From Minutocellus sp. GHC0000111 (Eukaryota): a DNA stretch of 64,000 nt. The stretch is from positions 3,968,001-4,032,000 of the forward strand of contig OZ361256.1 of assembly GCA_977018835.1 (NCBI GenBank). Reading direction: 5' to 3'. Below the pieces are notes generated by a model. The model did no database searches. It was not told the DNA's origin and saw only the letters and a program-made list of their open reading frames with translations. A program made the translations under genes and the position numbers. Below, in pieces: positions 34,410 to 47,566 of the stretch. Every line of letters begins with the position of its first letter. Position 1 is the first letter of the stretch.

Positions 34410-36335
34410 TTAGTTCTGAGCTTTCCACTCGGCTTCATACTTCTCAACATGCCGGTGCTTGAGAGGGATTGCGAACACCTTGGCAAAGACGGCATCACCG
34501 TTGACCTTGCTTGGCAGATCACGGAAGTATCCAAGGATATCCTCAAAGTGCAGCTTGAGCAGGTCGGGAGAAGCATCATCCAAGATCGCCAGCATAACGC
34601 GGTAGACAATCTTCCAGCCTTCCGCCAGGAAACAGTCCCAGACTCTAGTGACGAGCTCAAAGGGAAATGAGCTCGTGTACAGAGTAAGGAGCCACTGCGT
34701 TGCGAACATGGTAATGTGGATGCCCTCCTTCTCGAGGTGCTTCGACAGCTTCGGTAGGAATTGGCCGATCAGCTTTTCGGCAACGTAGAGGACCCGATGA
34801 GCTCCTGACATGCCTTCACCAAACAGCTCACGGCAATGAAAGGGTTCCTCGTTCATCACGGTCGCCAGGAGCCAAAAGGCCTGCTCTTCGTGACGCATGA
34901 TCACTTCCGGGATATCTTGATCCTCTTCCTGGTGAGTAATGACAAGGAACATGGCCGCAATGAAGTTCATTCCCTGGCAGTATCCTACCTTTGCATCGTA
35001 AACGCTGTAGGCCCTGAGGACTCTGCGCAGACTGGCCTGACCACCCTTTGCACCGGTATAGTCTGCTTTCGCGATCTCTCGCTTTTCCTCCCTGGTGAGC
35101 TTCCTCGTGAGTTTCCTGGATGCAACAGGAGTGGGAGACCCTCCGGTCCTGACACTGGAATTTGGCATCCCATCAGAACCACCTACGGCGGCGCCGCTAC
35201 CTTCTGCTCCAACGTTGGAATTGGCAGGTGTTGGGATCATAAACGATACGGGGATGGTTCCATCCTCAGTCAACATATCGACCTGCTCAAGAGAGGCATT
35301 GCACTGCTGCATCGCGCTAAAGAGTTTCTTCTTCATCGATTCCGGCATGTCGTTGTGGGCCGGGATAACGGCGTTGGACATGTGAAAGGGCAATTGCTCC
35401 CGCTTGCTGCTCACTGAGGCCGAAGTGACACCTTTGGACGCACTCGCATCTGCAGGTCCAAGGACTGCATTCAATTCCGCCACTAGATCCGTACCACCGT
35501 CGCCGGCATTGGCCTCGATGGCCGCCTTGATTGTAGCGTTGGTAACAGCCTTGTTTCCCTTGCCCCAGACTGGGACGGAATCGCGGTCGATCCGCTCGCT
35601 ATCAAAGTCCTCGCCGTCGGAGGATTCATCATCCGATGAATCGGCAAACAGATAATGCCGGGGAAAGGTCCGGTTGATGTCGCGCTCGATGGTCTCCCGG
35701 GTGGCACGGGGGGTTGCCCGATTACGATCGGACGCCTGGTCGATGGCAATGTCGGCCCCTGCCGACTCCGCCACCTCCGCACCCGCGGACTCGGTCACTT
35801 CTTCCGGAGGGACCTCACCGGAGATTCGCATCAATTCTTCATACCGCCCGACATCTGTCTCCTGCACTCTGCGGGGAACCCCTGTGAGCATCGTCCAAAC
35901 CTCACCCCTTACGACAGAGGGGACGCCCTTCCGGATGCGCCGTTGGAGCTTCTTCTTGCGCTTATGGGTAGTGCGTTCCCAGTTGGACATCATTTTGGTC
36001 CACTTCTTCTCTCGTTTGCCATTAGTGGAGCCACCATTGCCACCGCTGCTGCGGCCCGACTTCTTCTTTTGTTTGGTTCCCGTCTGTCCCTCCAGAACGG
36101 CGGTCTCGGACGTTTCAGATTCTGCATCCGTCGGTCTATCGCCGTTGGAGTTGAAGGGGGGCTGACTCCTCTGCGACTTGCCGCCGCCCCTTTCGGAATC
36201 CACAATGAACCCAAACTTATCCAACTTACGGCCATACGTAGCGCGAGTTCTTGTACTCGTGCCGTTGTAAGTCCCGGTAGCGGTGGTGGAGGATGACGAA
36301 GACACCGCTGCCGGCTTCGGAGCGGCACCGCTCAT
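34410..36335 (-). CDS. TBC-domain Rab GTPase-activating protein
   Basis: RIRKGVPSVVRGEVW, IERDINRTFP (R finger), GYCQGMNFIAA (Q finger), FATQWLLTLY, RVWDCFLAEG. Confidence 0.93.
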   Translation of the reverse strand: MSGAAPKPAAVSSSSSTTATGTYNGTSTRTRATYGRKLDKFGFIVDSERGGGKSQRSQPPFNSNGDRPTDAESETSETAVLEGQTGTKQKKKSGRSSGGNGGSTNGKREKKWTKMMSNWERTTHKRKKKLQRRIRKGVPSVVRGEVWTMLTGVPRRVQETDVGRYEELMRISGEVPPEEVTESAGAEVAESAGADIAIDQASDRNRATPRATRETIERDINRTFPRHYLFADSSDDESSDGEDFDSERIDRDSVPVWGKGNKAVTNATIKAAIEANAGDGGTDLVAELNAVLGPADASASKGVTSASVSSKREQLPFHMSNAVIPAHNDMPESMKKKLFSAMQQCNASLEQVDMLTEDGTIPVSFMIPTPANSNVGAEGSGAAVGGSDGMPNSSVRTGGSPTPVASRKLTRKLTREEKREIAKADYTGAKGGQASLRRVLRAYSVYDAKVGYCQGMNFIAAMFLVITHQEEDQDIPEVIMRHEEQAFWLLATVMNEEPFHCRELFGEGMSGAHRVLYVAEKLIGQFLPKLSKHLEKEGIHITMFATQWLLTLYTSSFPFELVTRVWDCFLAEGWKIVYRVMLAILDDASPDLLKLHFEDILGYFRDLPSKVNGDAVFAKVFAIPLKHRHVEKYEAEWKAQN

Positions 36336-36704
36336 TTTGGACACAAGATAGATGTGCTGGTTTGCCCGAAAAGCACAATCGCCCGACAAATAAAGACACC
36401 GCCAACCGATCTAACTCAATAGGCAAGAAGTCGGTTCCTATGCCGGCGTGTAGCAAGGAAAGGACCTGTCTGGTATCTGCCGTATCTGCTCCTCTCTTCC
36501 TCTTTTGATTTTACTTGCGTCAGTTTTTGCCGTTGCGATAGCGATTGCGTCGCGTTGATCCGAAACGGTCTGGCCATGGTCTGGCCGTTGAAGAATGAGC
36601 TCGTTAGCGCCCTCGGCTACGGAGAGTCACTCTACGATGGCGCTGTGGCCAACCCAAAGAGCCGGTGACTTCAAGGCAGCGACTTCGAATGCAACAAGAA
36701 GAAG

Positions 36705-37798
36705 ATGGCAGACGACGCGCAGCGGCTCCGACCGGGCCAACTGGTGCTCGTACAATCTCTGAAGAGTGACTTTGGACGAATCATGAACGGTCAGCCTGGA
36801 ATCATTGTCCGATATGTTGCTCAACACGGTCGTTATGAAGTTCTCACGCCCAGTCCAAACGAAAATCCAACTGTGGCTCTCAAACCAGAGAACGTGAGGG
36901 CCGTTCCTCGACGGCTTCCCATTCCACAGAAGCAAGAGAGGGGTTGTGTGTTTGATCCCGAAGTGGGCATGATGAACGTCCTTGCTGAGCTCTGCTCGTC
37001 CGCAAGACCGATGACTACACTCCATCTGACACAATGCTGCAGGGGTATGCTGCCATGGCACTGCAACAAATTCACATGGACGATCGGATGAATCTCAGCT
37101 GCCTTGATATGGAGCAGGCGGCGGGCATACTGGCCATGGCTAGGGTGTGTCTCGAGGGAGAAGATATGGCCGCAGAGGAGTGCGTCGCCGTTCTGCTTCA
37201 ACGAGAGAGCATGCATTTGGACGTGATTACACTTCTCATTACGCAGACACCGTACTTTGGACCTCCCGAGGACAAGAAGAACAATACTGAGTGGGCCGAC
37301 GTTGAATCAGACTGGAATGGCTCCCGTTACTACGCTCCTGATAATGCCTGTACGCCCGACCAAACTCATTCATCGTATTGCAACTTCATGTCACTTGGTC
37401 CATTGTTGTTCTTGAAGGAAATGTCTAAGTACGATTTCTGCTCTCCGCTTTTTGCTGAAATTCAACGAGTGAAGTGGTATCACTTACTTGTTCGAAGATT
37501 CCTTCGTATCATTGCGCGTGAGGTGGAGGGCACATCCGATGGCAAGGCTCTAGGAAAGTTGTGCCGCCAGATATTCCCGCACCTTGTGTCCAGATTTGAT
37601 GAAGATGGCGACAAAATTTATCTAGTTCCAAGAGACGTACTGAAGAATATGCGAAAGGCGCCTGTATCAGAGGACGTCTCGAGCAACATCCTTGAAAAGG
37701 TCAACTCTGTGCTAGGAGAGGAAGGCTCTGCAAGTGAGGACAATCTTCGCACTCTTCTCCTTTGCGAAGAATCGAGTTACGATCGTACGATGAAATAG
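36705..37798 (+). CDS. Hypothetical protein, frameshifted near 37005
   Basis: ORF 36705-37091 has an SH3-like start (GQLVLVQSL...NGQPG...GRYEV...ALKPENV). It overlaps ORF 37034-37798, whose frame is open from about 37007. Confidence 0.5.
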
Positions 37799-37934
37799 AT
37801 TGAGAGATTATTGAAAATGTTCATGGCAAGGGAACCGTAACCCGGGACATGTTGCAGTGGTAAGAGTTTATCGAATTGCCATCTATTAGGTATATAGACC
37901 TTACCTAGGTATCTCTTTCGTACAAATAATCAAT

Positions 37935-39736
37935 TTAAAACACAATTCTCTCCTCACCAAGTCTAAAGGGTGCAACTTGAACATCGAATTCCTTTCCCGT
38001 TGGACTTGCAAGGCTGCCAGGCACGAATTGGAGGCTACCTTCAAGAGTACCATCTTCTGATGCCTCTGTTGCACTCTGGTAGGAGAATTTCCCCTCGCAA
38101 TCGGTTCCAGCCTCCTGCGCAGTTGCTGCGGTCCGACCCTCATATAGATCATATCCCCCTCCTTCAAAAGTGGATACATGCCAACAACTCCATCGCCCCG
38201 AACATGCTCCGGTTCGCCATTATCGCCTTGCGATATTATCCAGTGCCTGGACCTCAGCTGACAGGTAGTAAATCCACGCTCGGACGAGGTCATGTATCCG
38301 TCCTCTCCCGGTTGTAAAAGACGGATTCGTATGGAATAAATGAACATGCCCGGATGCTCTACTGCATCGACGCCGGAAGCGACCACCTCGATCCCTCTCG
38401 TAACTGCTCGGCTTGTCCTACCAGTGGAGTCTGCAATCGATGGATACAAAAGAATTGATCGTGTATCGAAAGGCGCATACCGGGAGGGAATTATCTCGTC
38501 ACATTCGTAGACGCCCTGCTCTAGCCTGGACGCGTAGATGTCCAGCCATTCAATGACATCGCAAGGCATCACGCGCGAGTTACCCCGAGCGACAGCGACG
38601 AACGCTCGGCCCAAATCCCGAACAATGCCAATCATCTTCTGAGGGCGTACCATTCTGCTGTAAGCAAAGGGTAGCATGTTTCCAAATCTTTGTCCCATCC
38701 CACGGCGTTGAGCCATAATTTCTTCGATATCAACGAGGCGAGTACACGAACAAAGATCGTACGCATTATAGCCTCCCAAAAGCCCCGCGAAGCAGTCAGC
38801 GTTTGTTCTGGGATGCTTCTGCCCTCCATAGAAACACCAGATGGACTGTACTGCAGAATAAATGAAATCCATTGGATCAGGATCATCGTCTTCTTCATCG
38901 ATCAATGATGAAACATCCACAGCACGTCCAGGAACCAGAGACTCCCTGATTCGCAGTCCAAAGGATCCTTGCTGATCACACCAGTTCTCAATCTTTTGCC
39001 ACACATCCGCCGAACGCAAATAGTACGGCCCGTAGAGACCACTGTTGCTGCCGATGGTCGCGTCGGCATGAACTGCGCACTTTCGGAACTGATTACGTAG
39101 CTCCATCCAGTGTTTCCATGATTCGAATGGCGTCGACGCTGTGAATACCTCATCAGTTTCCAGGAAGGAACGGTGAGCGGTACTGGCGTCGCTGTTGTCT
39201 CTGGTCCGAGAAGGTCGGTAGCGAAAGGTTTGCATACCCAGCCGCCTGTACTTTCGCTTGGCCTCCACAAAATCTCTGTTCAATGCCGATTTCCTACCAA
39301 ACTCATCTTCGGCCCCATACTGTTCCAGTCGTTTCTCTTCTTCTTCGCTCAAGAACCCAAAATTGACATAAAGTGCCCCGCGCCAGAGAATGTTGGCCTC
39401 CTCCTCGGTAGATGTTGTTGTTGCGTCGTTCTGCTGCTCGTTCGCGTTGCTGTTGGCGCTTGTGCTGGCAAATGGCATGTTAGCATCACCATCATCATTA
39501 TTATCATCATCGTTACCAATAGCAATATCTGAATCGGCATTATTACCACCACCATCGCCAACGGTCAATCTATGACCGTGAACAAATGCATAGGCCGACT
39601 GGCAGACCACCCGAAAGACGAGCAATTCGAGCGGGTCCACAAATGGCAAAAGGGCCAGGGTGACCACCGACGAGGGGAGGGAATCCAGCTGATTCGCCGG
39701 AGTGGGCTGACTGTTTGCCGGCTGGTCTGTCTCCAT
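37935..39736 (-). CDS. F-box-like/ApaG protein (SKIP16/FBXO3-like); frameshift in the G run at about 38155
   Basis: N-terminal LDSLPSSVV...F; GLLGGYNAYD; SRAVTRGIEV, FIYSIRI, CQLRSRHWII, VRGDGVVGMYPLL. The shifted frame gives FSYQSAT...LEGSLQFVPGSL...FDVQVAPFRL, with stop at 37935. Confidence 0.85.
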
Positions 39737-40195
39737 ACTAGCTAGTTCTTTATGATGTTGATGACGGAGGAGATTGAAATTACTGCATGCATGCAGTCAG
39801 AAGAAGCTGTACCGCAGTACCTCACTGGTGTCAAGGTGCGGCGTATCTTTTCCCCACAGCACAAGATGTGATGTGTTGCGACTGATTCTGAGTTATGAAA
39901 AGAGGATGGCACGAAGCGCAGTGTTAATGTGGAAGCGCCGGTCTCTTATTCTTTCCACGTCGTGGATAAATCCTCTTAACAACCTTTGGACTCCAGAGAG
40001 TGCGAGAGTGAGGGCTTCGCAGCTTGCAGCAGCAGCAATCATCGCATTCTGGTTGAGACTGCGTAGCTTCCAGTACAAATTCTACTCGCACTACCAACGT
40101 ATTGCCGATGGCGCATTGCGGGAAGCACTTCTTGGGAAACGCCGGCGGCATTTATCCGCCAACTGCTGTTACCGCCACCACCACTTCCAGCGTCC

Positions 40196-43100
40196 ATGGG
40201 CAAGACGACCGAGGGCCTGGCCCGGGAGGGTCCCCCGCCGCAGAAGCCTCCCGTCAAGACGCAGTTCGATTTCCACACCCGCCATCTCCTCCACACCCTC
40301 TCGCAGCATCTGCCCGGCACCGACCCGGCCACCACGGAGTACGCCACCTTGTCGGAGGAGGATGCCCGTCTGGTCCGCCGGACCATCGGCCGGGCGCAGC
40401 GTGCGCTCGAGAGGCGGCAGGAGCGCAAGAAGAAGTCCAAGAGCACGGGCACGGCCGCCGATGCCCTGGAATTTTACCGCCATGCCACCGTCAAGGCGCG
40501 CAAGATGAAGGGGTTGGACGTCGACGAGGAGGAGGATCTCGAGGAGCACGAATTGCTCATGAGCGATAGTGACAGCGACGAAGAGGACGAAGAGGAGGAG
40601 AGCAGCAGTGAAGAGGAGGAGGAGGAAGAAGAAAGCAGCGAGGAGGAGGAGGAGGAGAGCAGTGATGATGAAGATGATGACGACGACGATAAGAAGAAGA
40701 AGGCTACTACCGCCGCTGGATCAGATGACAGCGACGACGAGGAAAGCGCCGCCTCCATCACCTCGGAGGAATTCCTCTCGGCGCACAACGATCTGTGCGA
40801 GGTGTGCTCAGGGGTGGGCGACGACGATGCTCCCCTGCTGTGCTGCGCGACGTGCACGTTGGTATTCCACCAGCGCTGCCACCGACCGGTGCTGGTCAAG
40901 GAACCCCCCGACAACTGGTCCTGCGCCTACTGCGATGATTCCGGCGTTACCCTGCACAAGCGCGATTCGCGCGAACGGAAGAGGGCCAGCAAGGGGGTGC
41001 GGGAGATGAAGAAGATGACGGAAGAGCAGGCCGAGCGGGAGCGGGCCGAGGCTACCGCGGCCAGGGCCGCCAGCCGGGCCAGGGCGGCGGAAGCGGCGGC
41101 GGCAGGTGGTGGTGCTGCTGGATCGCCGTCCAAGGCAAGCGCCAAGACACCACCCAAGCCGGCGCACAATATCCGCGATCCGGAAACGGGACGGTTCATG
41201 ACCAAGGAGAAGCGCATCGCACTGTATGGGTCCCTGGGCATGCCTCCCAAGGAAGTCCTGGAGGAGCTAGAGGCCAAGGCTGCTGCTGCTGCTGCGGCAG
41301 GTGCTCAGGGACAAGCCGAGAGTGGTGGCAAGAAAAATGATCTGAGTGACCTGACTCCCGAGGAAATTGCTCGACTGGCTTCCGGTGGTGGTGAAGAGGA
41401 TGCCGCCGCCGCCGCCGCAACGGCAAAGAACGAAGACAATGTGGAAGAGAAAGACTCACCGGCCGTGGTGACCTCCGGCGGTACCGATTCTACCAAACTA
41501 AAGGTCGATGCCAAGCAAGATGTAGGGTCAGGTATGACTACTCCAACGCAATCCGGTCCGACCACTCCGAAGAAGGAAGAGGCAGATGGCTCTGCTACCG
41601 GAGGAGACGATGCGCAGTCCCAGGCCCAGAAGAACAAGCAGCAGCTCAAGGGGGCCGAGCTCAAGCTCCTGCTCGGCGCCATGTCGCCCGAGGAGGTGGA
41701 CATATCCGGTCCCCGTGCCCGGAGGCAGCAGCGCAAGGCCCCGTCGCTGTACGACCCGGGCGATATGGCTGGCGATATGCACTGGTCCAGCAAGAAGGAA
41801 GCCGAGGCTAGATCTGGCCACCGTGCCCCCGTTCCTCCCGGTAGCAAGAAGAACAAGAGGGAGCTGTTGTCGGATGTTTTGAAGAGGAACAAGAAGAGCA
41901 AGTCGAGCGGTAGTGGTGACAAGAGTCCCAAGAAATCTCGTACTAGTAAGACAGGGAAGAAAAAGAAGGCCAAGACACCCGCGAAGCAAAAGAAGAAAAA
42001 GAAGGTATGTTGTGATTTGGCATTGGAGCTTTCAGGATAGTATGGCAGTATTACTTTGCGCGCGATTTTGCATTCTATTTTCACATCGGGATGTTAATGA
42101 TTTATCAACTTTTCCTCTAACTCTCCTTTGCACATCATTTGCTCTCTTTTTGTCAATCACAGCAACAGAAAAAGAAGAAGAAGCCGTCCAAACCCAAGGC
42201 TACGAAGAAGGGCAAGGGTCATCTGCCGCCAAACGAGAAGGAGGGTGCGAATTGCGTCATGTGCTATGATGACGACCGCGTTTGTGTTTGTGTTTTCTGC
42301 GCATGCCGTATCTGCTTCTCGAAGGGTGACACTGAGGACACTCTGCTCTGCGATGGCTGCGATGCTGAGTACCACACTTACTGCCTCGACCCTCCTCTTT
42401 CGTCGATGCCCAAGGATGATGATGAATGGTATTGCCCTGCCTGCACCAACGTCGAGCTTCGCAAGACAATCGCTGCCGAGCGCAGGGCCAAGGCTAAGGC
42501 TTCGGCTGCATCTCCCAAGAGCACTCCCAAGAAGTCTCCGGGCAAGCAACAGACGCCACCATCGGGATCTGGGCGGAAGAGGGCCGCGCAACAGCTCTCC
42601 AAGGCCGAGGCGGCCAAGAGGGCCCGAAAGTCTCCTACGATGGAGGACGACCCTACTCTCACAAGTCGCAGCGGGCGTAAGGTGAAGCGTGCCCAGTTTC
42701 ACGACGAACTCGATGTTGGTGTGCAGCACCTCGCCACATCGTTGCGCTCGGCCGGTGAAACTGGTAAGCTTCAGTTTCATACGATGAGTCCCGAGGAAGC
42801 AGCCGCTGCCAGAGCTGCTGCTGAATTTGCATCGGGCGGTGCAGCTGGAGCCAGAAAGGGCGCAGCTGGTGCCGCTGGAGCCAAGGGTATGGCCTCGGCA
42901 TATGCCTCTGCCTTGTGGCAAGGAGCCATTCCTCCTGGAATGGTCGGAAGTAAGGGTCTCAGCGTCACTCTCCCTAGAGTGCCCACTACCAATTCGAATG
43001 GGTGGGGTCCTGGTGCGACCTTTCCTTACGAGTATGTGCCACCTCCTCAAAGTGCTGCAAGTAAGTCTCCTCGTCGTAAGCCTGGCGCTCGCGAGTGCAT

Positions 43101-43452
43101 CCAGGCAGCGAAGAGATTCGGGGTACAGATCATCCCAGAGAAGTCCATCGGCGTTTTGGTGGACTACTGCCAGAGAGGAAAATTGGAGCATCTCATCAAG
43201 ATGAGAGAGAGGCTCGATGACCACTCCCGCTTCCTGGAGCTGCAATTGGCCGAGCTCGAAGTCCTCGTCAAACAAAAGGGGGAGTCCAAAGTAACTGTGC
43301 CCCCAGCTGCGGGAGTTGTCTTCTCCGGAATCGCCAGTCCCCGTGCCGGTAGCGTTTCTCCTCCGCCTCCAACACCAACTCCGACGCCCGTAACGAGTAG
43401 GAATACGTCCACCGCGGCCAGTTTATCATCATTGAAGCCCTCTGCCAGGTAG
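40196..43452 (+). CDS. Chromatin protein with two PHD fingers; intron 42005-42162 (alternative acceptor 42168)
   Basis: CEVC...LLCCATCTLVFHQRC...WSCAYC and CVFCACRIC...LLCDGCDAEYHTYCLDPPL...WYCPAC. The gtatgt...cacag phase-0 intron joins the two ORFs. Confidence 0.88.
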
Positions 43453-43525
43453 ATCGAAGGCATTAATGTCGTAATCTTAGCAAAAATTGGATAGTCTACT
43501 TCTGTATATTGTTAGCTTAGCTAGT

Positions 43526-45240
43526 TTAGACGCCTGTGGTCATTTGCTTCCACCTCAAGGCGTACCTAGGTACAAACTTTTTGCAGGGCCACGCTGCATG
43601 AGTTCGGCATGAGTTCTGCTCTCCACAACTGCGCCGTCCTTCATCACAACAATCTTGTTGGCATGACGGCCCGAGGCCCAATGATTAGATGTAAGCAAGG
43701 TGGCTGCTCCAGTTGCGCGGAGCGCCTTGATCAAGGTCGCCTCCTCAACCTCGTTTGCATGTGTGGTGACATCGTCCAGCAATAGCAGAGACCCTATCAA
43801 GCTTCTCTGCACTGCATCAGGCGATGTCATGGGATTGTCGTTACCGAAAACGGCCTGGGCAATGGCCCGGGACAATAGCACCTTATTCCATTCGGAAGGT
43901 GATAAAATTTGGGCAGAAGGGCGGGTTGGGGATGGACTTAGCTCGTCTTCGTTGGCCGTCACGACAGTCGAAAGCTTGGATGGGAGGCGGGCGACGAGGC
44001 TCGAGAGCCCAGTTACCTGAAGAGCAATATTCATGGCATTATGGCTTGGACTTCCCGGTCCACCACCACTACCATTAGTCGGGTCTAATATCTCCTGTAA
44101 TGTCAAACCTGAGAACAATTCTGCTGTATCAGACAGTGTCCGGACATCATTCAGCACAAGACCCAGATTGCGCTTCAATTTCTTCTTATCCCAGCGAGTG
44201 ACATCTACTCCGCCAACATTGATCTGCCCTCGGACAACCACCGTCGAGCGAGACTTGGCGGGAGGCGAGACCAAAGTCTCTGCTAGCGCCGTGAGGAGTC
44301 TACTCTTTCCACTTCCATCATCGCCCAACACGAGGCATACTTCCCCATTCTTGCAGGACAGCTGAGCACCTCGACAAGCCCAAGCGCGTCTCTGGGCATG
44401 GGAAGCCCAAAAATCACTAACAATGATTCCTTTATCGGGTGATGCTTGTGCTGCAAGCTGCAAATCGGCCTGTGGCGCTTGGTTCGACTTGGTAACTTCA
44501 GCTGCAGTTGTCGATAGTAATTTGAGAAAAGAGTCGACGGCGGAGGTGAGCCTGAACTCATCTGCCATCGATGATAACGACCGTCGGGCGATGGCGAAAG
44601 CCACCAGAAGAAGTGAGACTAACCGTGACCCAGTATTCCATCGCTCAGAGGCACCAACCGAGCCAGAGGGAGCGATGACGACAAAGAGCGCAACGGGAAG
44701 GCACAGCAACACCAGGACGGAGGCTTCGTACGCAACCCGCCGGAAGAGGGGCCCAGCTCTGCCTCGACCTTGAGCAATATCGCTTATTCGACTTTCAGAT
44801 GAACGCCTCGAAGACGATGATTTGGCTGGCTGCATAACTTTCCAACGCTGCAAAGCTCCCTCTACTGCACCCTGCTGAGACAGAAGTGATAATCTCGCAG
44901 CACTTGACACGCCCATGTCTAGTACTGCTGCAGTGCAACGCTCGGAATCATATTCTTCGTCATCATCACCGGATATTTTCACAGCAGCGTCAATATTCAG
45001 AATGTCGCTTGCACTCTTCTTTTGCTCAATATGCCGAACGATGGTAGGGAGGGTAGATAAATTATACCACAAAAAGCGACGCCTGTACAACAACTGCCAA
45101 GGGATTCTCGACAACTTTAGCCCACTCCTCTCCAAGCAAGGCCCCGATGGTTACCGCCATGGAACTCAGATGAGATGTCATCCCTGGACCAAGTACAGCC
45201 CATTCAAAAGGCCACTTCCAACCTTCGAGAGAAGCAATGT
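43526..45240 (-). CDS. Degenerate ABC-transporter-like protein (TM segments + atypical NBD); 5' end in the gap; 8-bp insertion near the 3' end
   Basis: Walker A GDDGSGKS, Walker B LLLLDD, ANKIVVMKDGAVVESRTHAELM. Removing the 8-bp insertion at 43563-43572 gives SLYALRWKQMTTGV*. Confidence 0.75.
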
Positions 45241-45440
45241 NNNNNNNNNNNNNNNNNNNNNNNNNNNNNNNNNNNNNNNNNNNNNNNNNNNNNNNNNNNN
45301 NNNNNNNNNNNNNNNNNNNNNNNNNNNNNNNNNNNNNNNNNNNNNNNNNNNNNNNNNNNNNNNNNNNNNNNNNNNNNNNNNNNNNNNNNNNNNNNNNNNN
45401 NNNNNNNNNNNNNNNNNNNNNNNNNNNNNNNNNNNNNNNN
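45241..45440. other. Assembly gap (200 N)
   Basis: Run of N. Synteny across the gap is only scaffolded. Confidence 1.
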
Positions 45441-45457
45441 ATGTGCAAGAATTCTCT

Positions 45458-46561
45458 TTATTCCTGATGAGTCAAAATCGACTTGACTCGCGAAATGGTC
45501 TTGTCGCTCTGAATAAGAGCCTTGTTCTCGCTCAAGAACTTCATCCACGCACAAGCATGGTCTCCTCGGATGTATTCGAAGGGGGTACTGCCTCGGCTGT
45601 CCTTCATGACGAGAAGCTCGGGACAGTGTAGGATGAGTAGTTCCATAAGGTCAGTGTTGGGCTCGCATGTCCAGCAGGCGTCGTGAAGGGGGGTGCAGCC
45701 CATGTCGTCGCATACCTTGGGGCTGACGCCAGCCTCGGTAAGAAGAAAGTGGACGACGCGGGTGAATGATCGACGACAGGCCATGTGGAGGAGGGATTCG
45801 CCAAACTTGTTGGTGGCTTGGAGAGTACGGCCGTCGGTGCTTTGAAAGGTGCGGAGGGCATCGAGATTCTCACCACGGATGGCCGCGATGGACTCTGCAT
45901 CGTAAGAATCGTAGTGAGAATCGTTGTATTCGAGAAAGTAGTTCTTGAGGGAAAGGGAGGATACCGTGGTGATGGATGGGTCCTTGGATTGTAGCAGCGA
46001 CATGAGATATCTCTGTGGACCTGTGCGTCCTCCATCAGCATGGGAGTTGGCCGAAGAGTTTTGATTTGTGCCGTTGACTGGAGAGGGACCTTGACGAACA
46101 TCATGATTGGACACGATGCGTGGCATCGACGAAGCAATGACGCGAACTTCTTGATGGGTACCGGAAGCTGTTTTCAAAGACGACAATGCTGATGATGAAG
46201 ATGGCACATGCTCCATGCTCACACGTCGGTGGGTGGCAAGAGTGGCAAGAGCGGCAAGCTTGTCAAGAGCTGATGCTGCTGCAGTATTCAGCACGGATTG
46301 CTCTTCTGCGTCAGGTGCGGACATTCGTCGGAGTTTTTTCGTCGCTGGGCCCTCGCTTGTGCTGTTCGCCGAGGAATTCGAATTCTTGGCGACGACGATA
46401 TCAGCCGGAAGGGTGATGAAGGACTGTCCAACGGGAAGACGAGAGAGGATGCGTTTCTTGGACATTGTGTTGGTATCGACAGAGAGTTTGCTGGTCGATC
46501 GAGGAGCGGGATGGTATGGAATTATTGTCGAATTCTTGGAAAATGACTGGAGGTCGAGCAT
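45458..46561 (-). CDS. Ankyrin-repeat protein
   Basis: NKFGESLLHMACRR, DDMGCTPLHDACW, DSRGSTPFEY. Start may be MSKKR at 46465. Confidence 0.85.
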   Translation of the reverse strand: MLDLQSFSKNSTIIPYHPAPRSTSKLSVDTNTMSKKRILSRLPVGQSFITLPADIVVAKNSNSSANSTSEGPATKKLRRMSAPDAEEQSVLNTAAASALDKLAALATLATHRRVSMEHVPSSSSALSSLKTASGTHQEVRVIASSMPRIVSNHDVRQGPSPVNGTNQNSSANSHADGGRTGPQRYLMSLLQSKDPSITTVSSLSLKNYFLEYNDSHYDSYDAESIAAIRGENLDALRTFQSTDGRTLQATNKFGESLLHMACRRSFTRVVHFLLTEAGVSPKVCDDMGCTPLHDACWTCEPNTDLMELLILHCPELLVMKDSRGSTPFEYIRGDHACAWMKFLSENKALIQSDKTISRVKSILTHQE

Positions 46562-47010
46562 GATGAGTTGGTTTCGTTCGGTTCTCCTTCTCTGACTACC
46601 GGTATTGTTGTGCTGATGTGTCCCGCGGCTGACGCGGGCCGAATAATCCTGATCGTGGCGAAAGGGGCCACGTCACATCGTCAATGACGTCATAATTCCG
46701 ACAAACAGTTTCCGTGGTGCAGATGCGCGTCATCAACGTTCACTGAGCCCGGAGGTGATTGACGGTGTGTGAATTTCGAGAGAGCCGCACAAGTAGGGGG
46801 ATAAATGTTCAGCCGGCCTTCGATTTTGTCATTTCGCCACGCACAGATGCACCAGATGCCACGAGCATCAGGCATCGACTCCGTAGACTCTCCCTCATAG
46901 CACAATCAAAACTAATGCATTGCGAGATCAAGAAAGCAAGCTCAAACTGATAAGGCAACCGGATACGTCCACAGAGAACAAAGAAAATCAACTCAAATAA
47001 ATCAAACCAA

Positions 47011-47566
47011 ATGCCCAGCCAAAAACATCATCTCTGTCAATGCTGTCCCCTCCGATGTCCTTGGGGGCACTGCCAGCACGTCAAATTCATTGAAAGATAC
47101 TTCGAAGAAAGATGATGAAATATTCCAAGATCCAGTGTGTCCTAAAACAACACTCTATCGAGTTTCGTACGAAAAGCACCCGTACACGATTGGACTTTCC
47201 GTGTTTGACGACGACAGCGACTGTGAAAGTGAAGCCGACGACGACGAAGACGAAGAAAAAGGTGACGACGACGGAGGCTACAAGGTGAGAGGTACCACCG
47301 CCTTTCGATGCCAAGATCCACTTGTGTCCATCCTCGAGAAAGCACAAGCTACCACGTTCAGTGAGATCACTACACGCACTACACTTCATCGGCATGGAAG
47401 CCATTACAAGACGACGCCAGCAGCAACAAAATCTCTCCCAAAATTTGCCAGTCTCGAGGAAAACATATTTGGACCCACCCTCCCTAAACAATTGTTGTCG
47501 CAAGCACAAGAAAGGTCTACCAGAAGCTGCCAAGAGAGCGCAGTTGGCACTCCTGATGAAAAATAA
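47011..47566 (+). CDS. Orphan YRxSxExHxY-motif protein, copy 1; frameshift near the start
   Basis: YRVSYEKHPYTIGLSVFDDDSD; paralogue of 48674-49219. ATG 47011 is out of frame with ORF 47090-47566. Confidence 0.6.

Noticed and set aside
3193..36335. Autophagy/TOR gene cluster (LAMTOR2, ATG2, TBC GAP)
   Set aside because: Spread over 33 kb among unrelated genes, so chance is sufficient.
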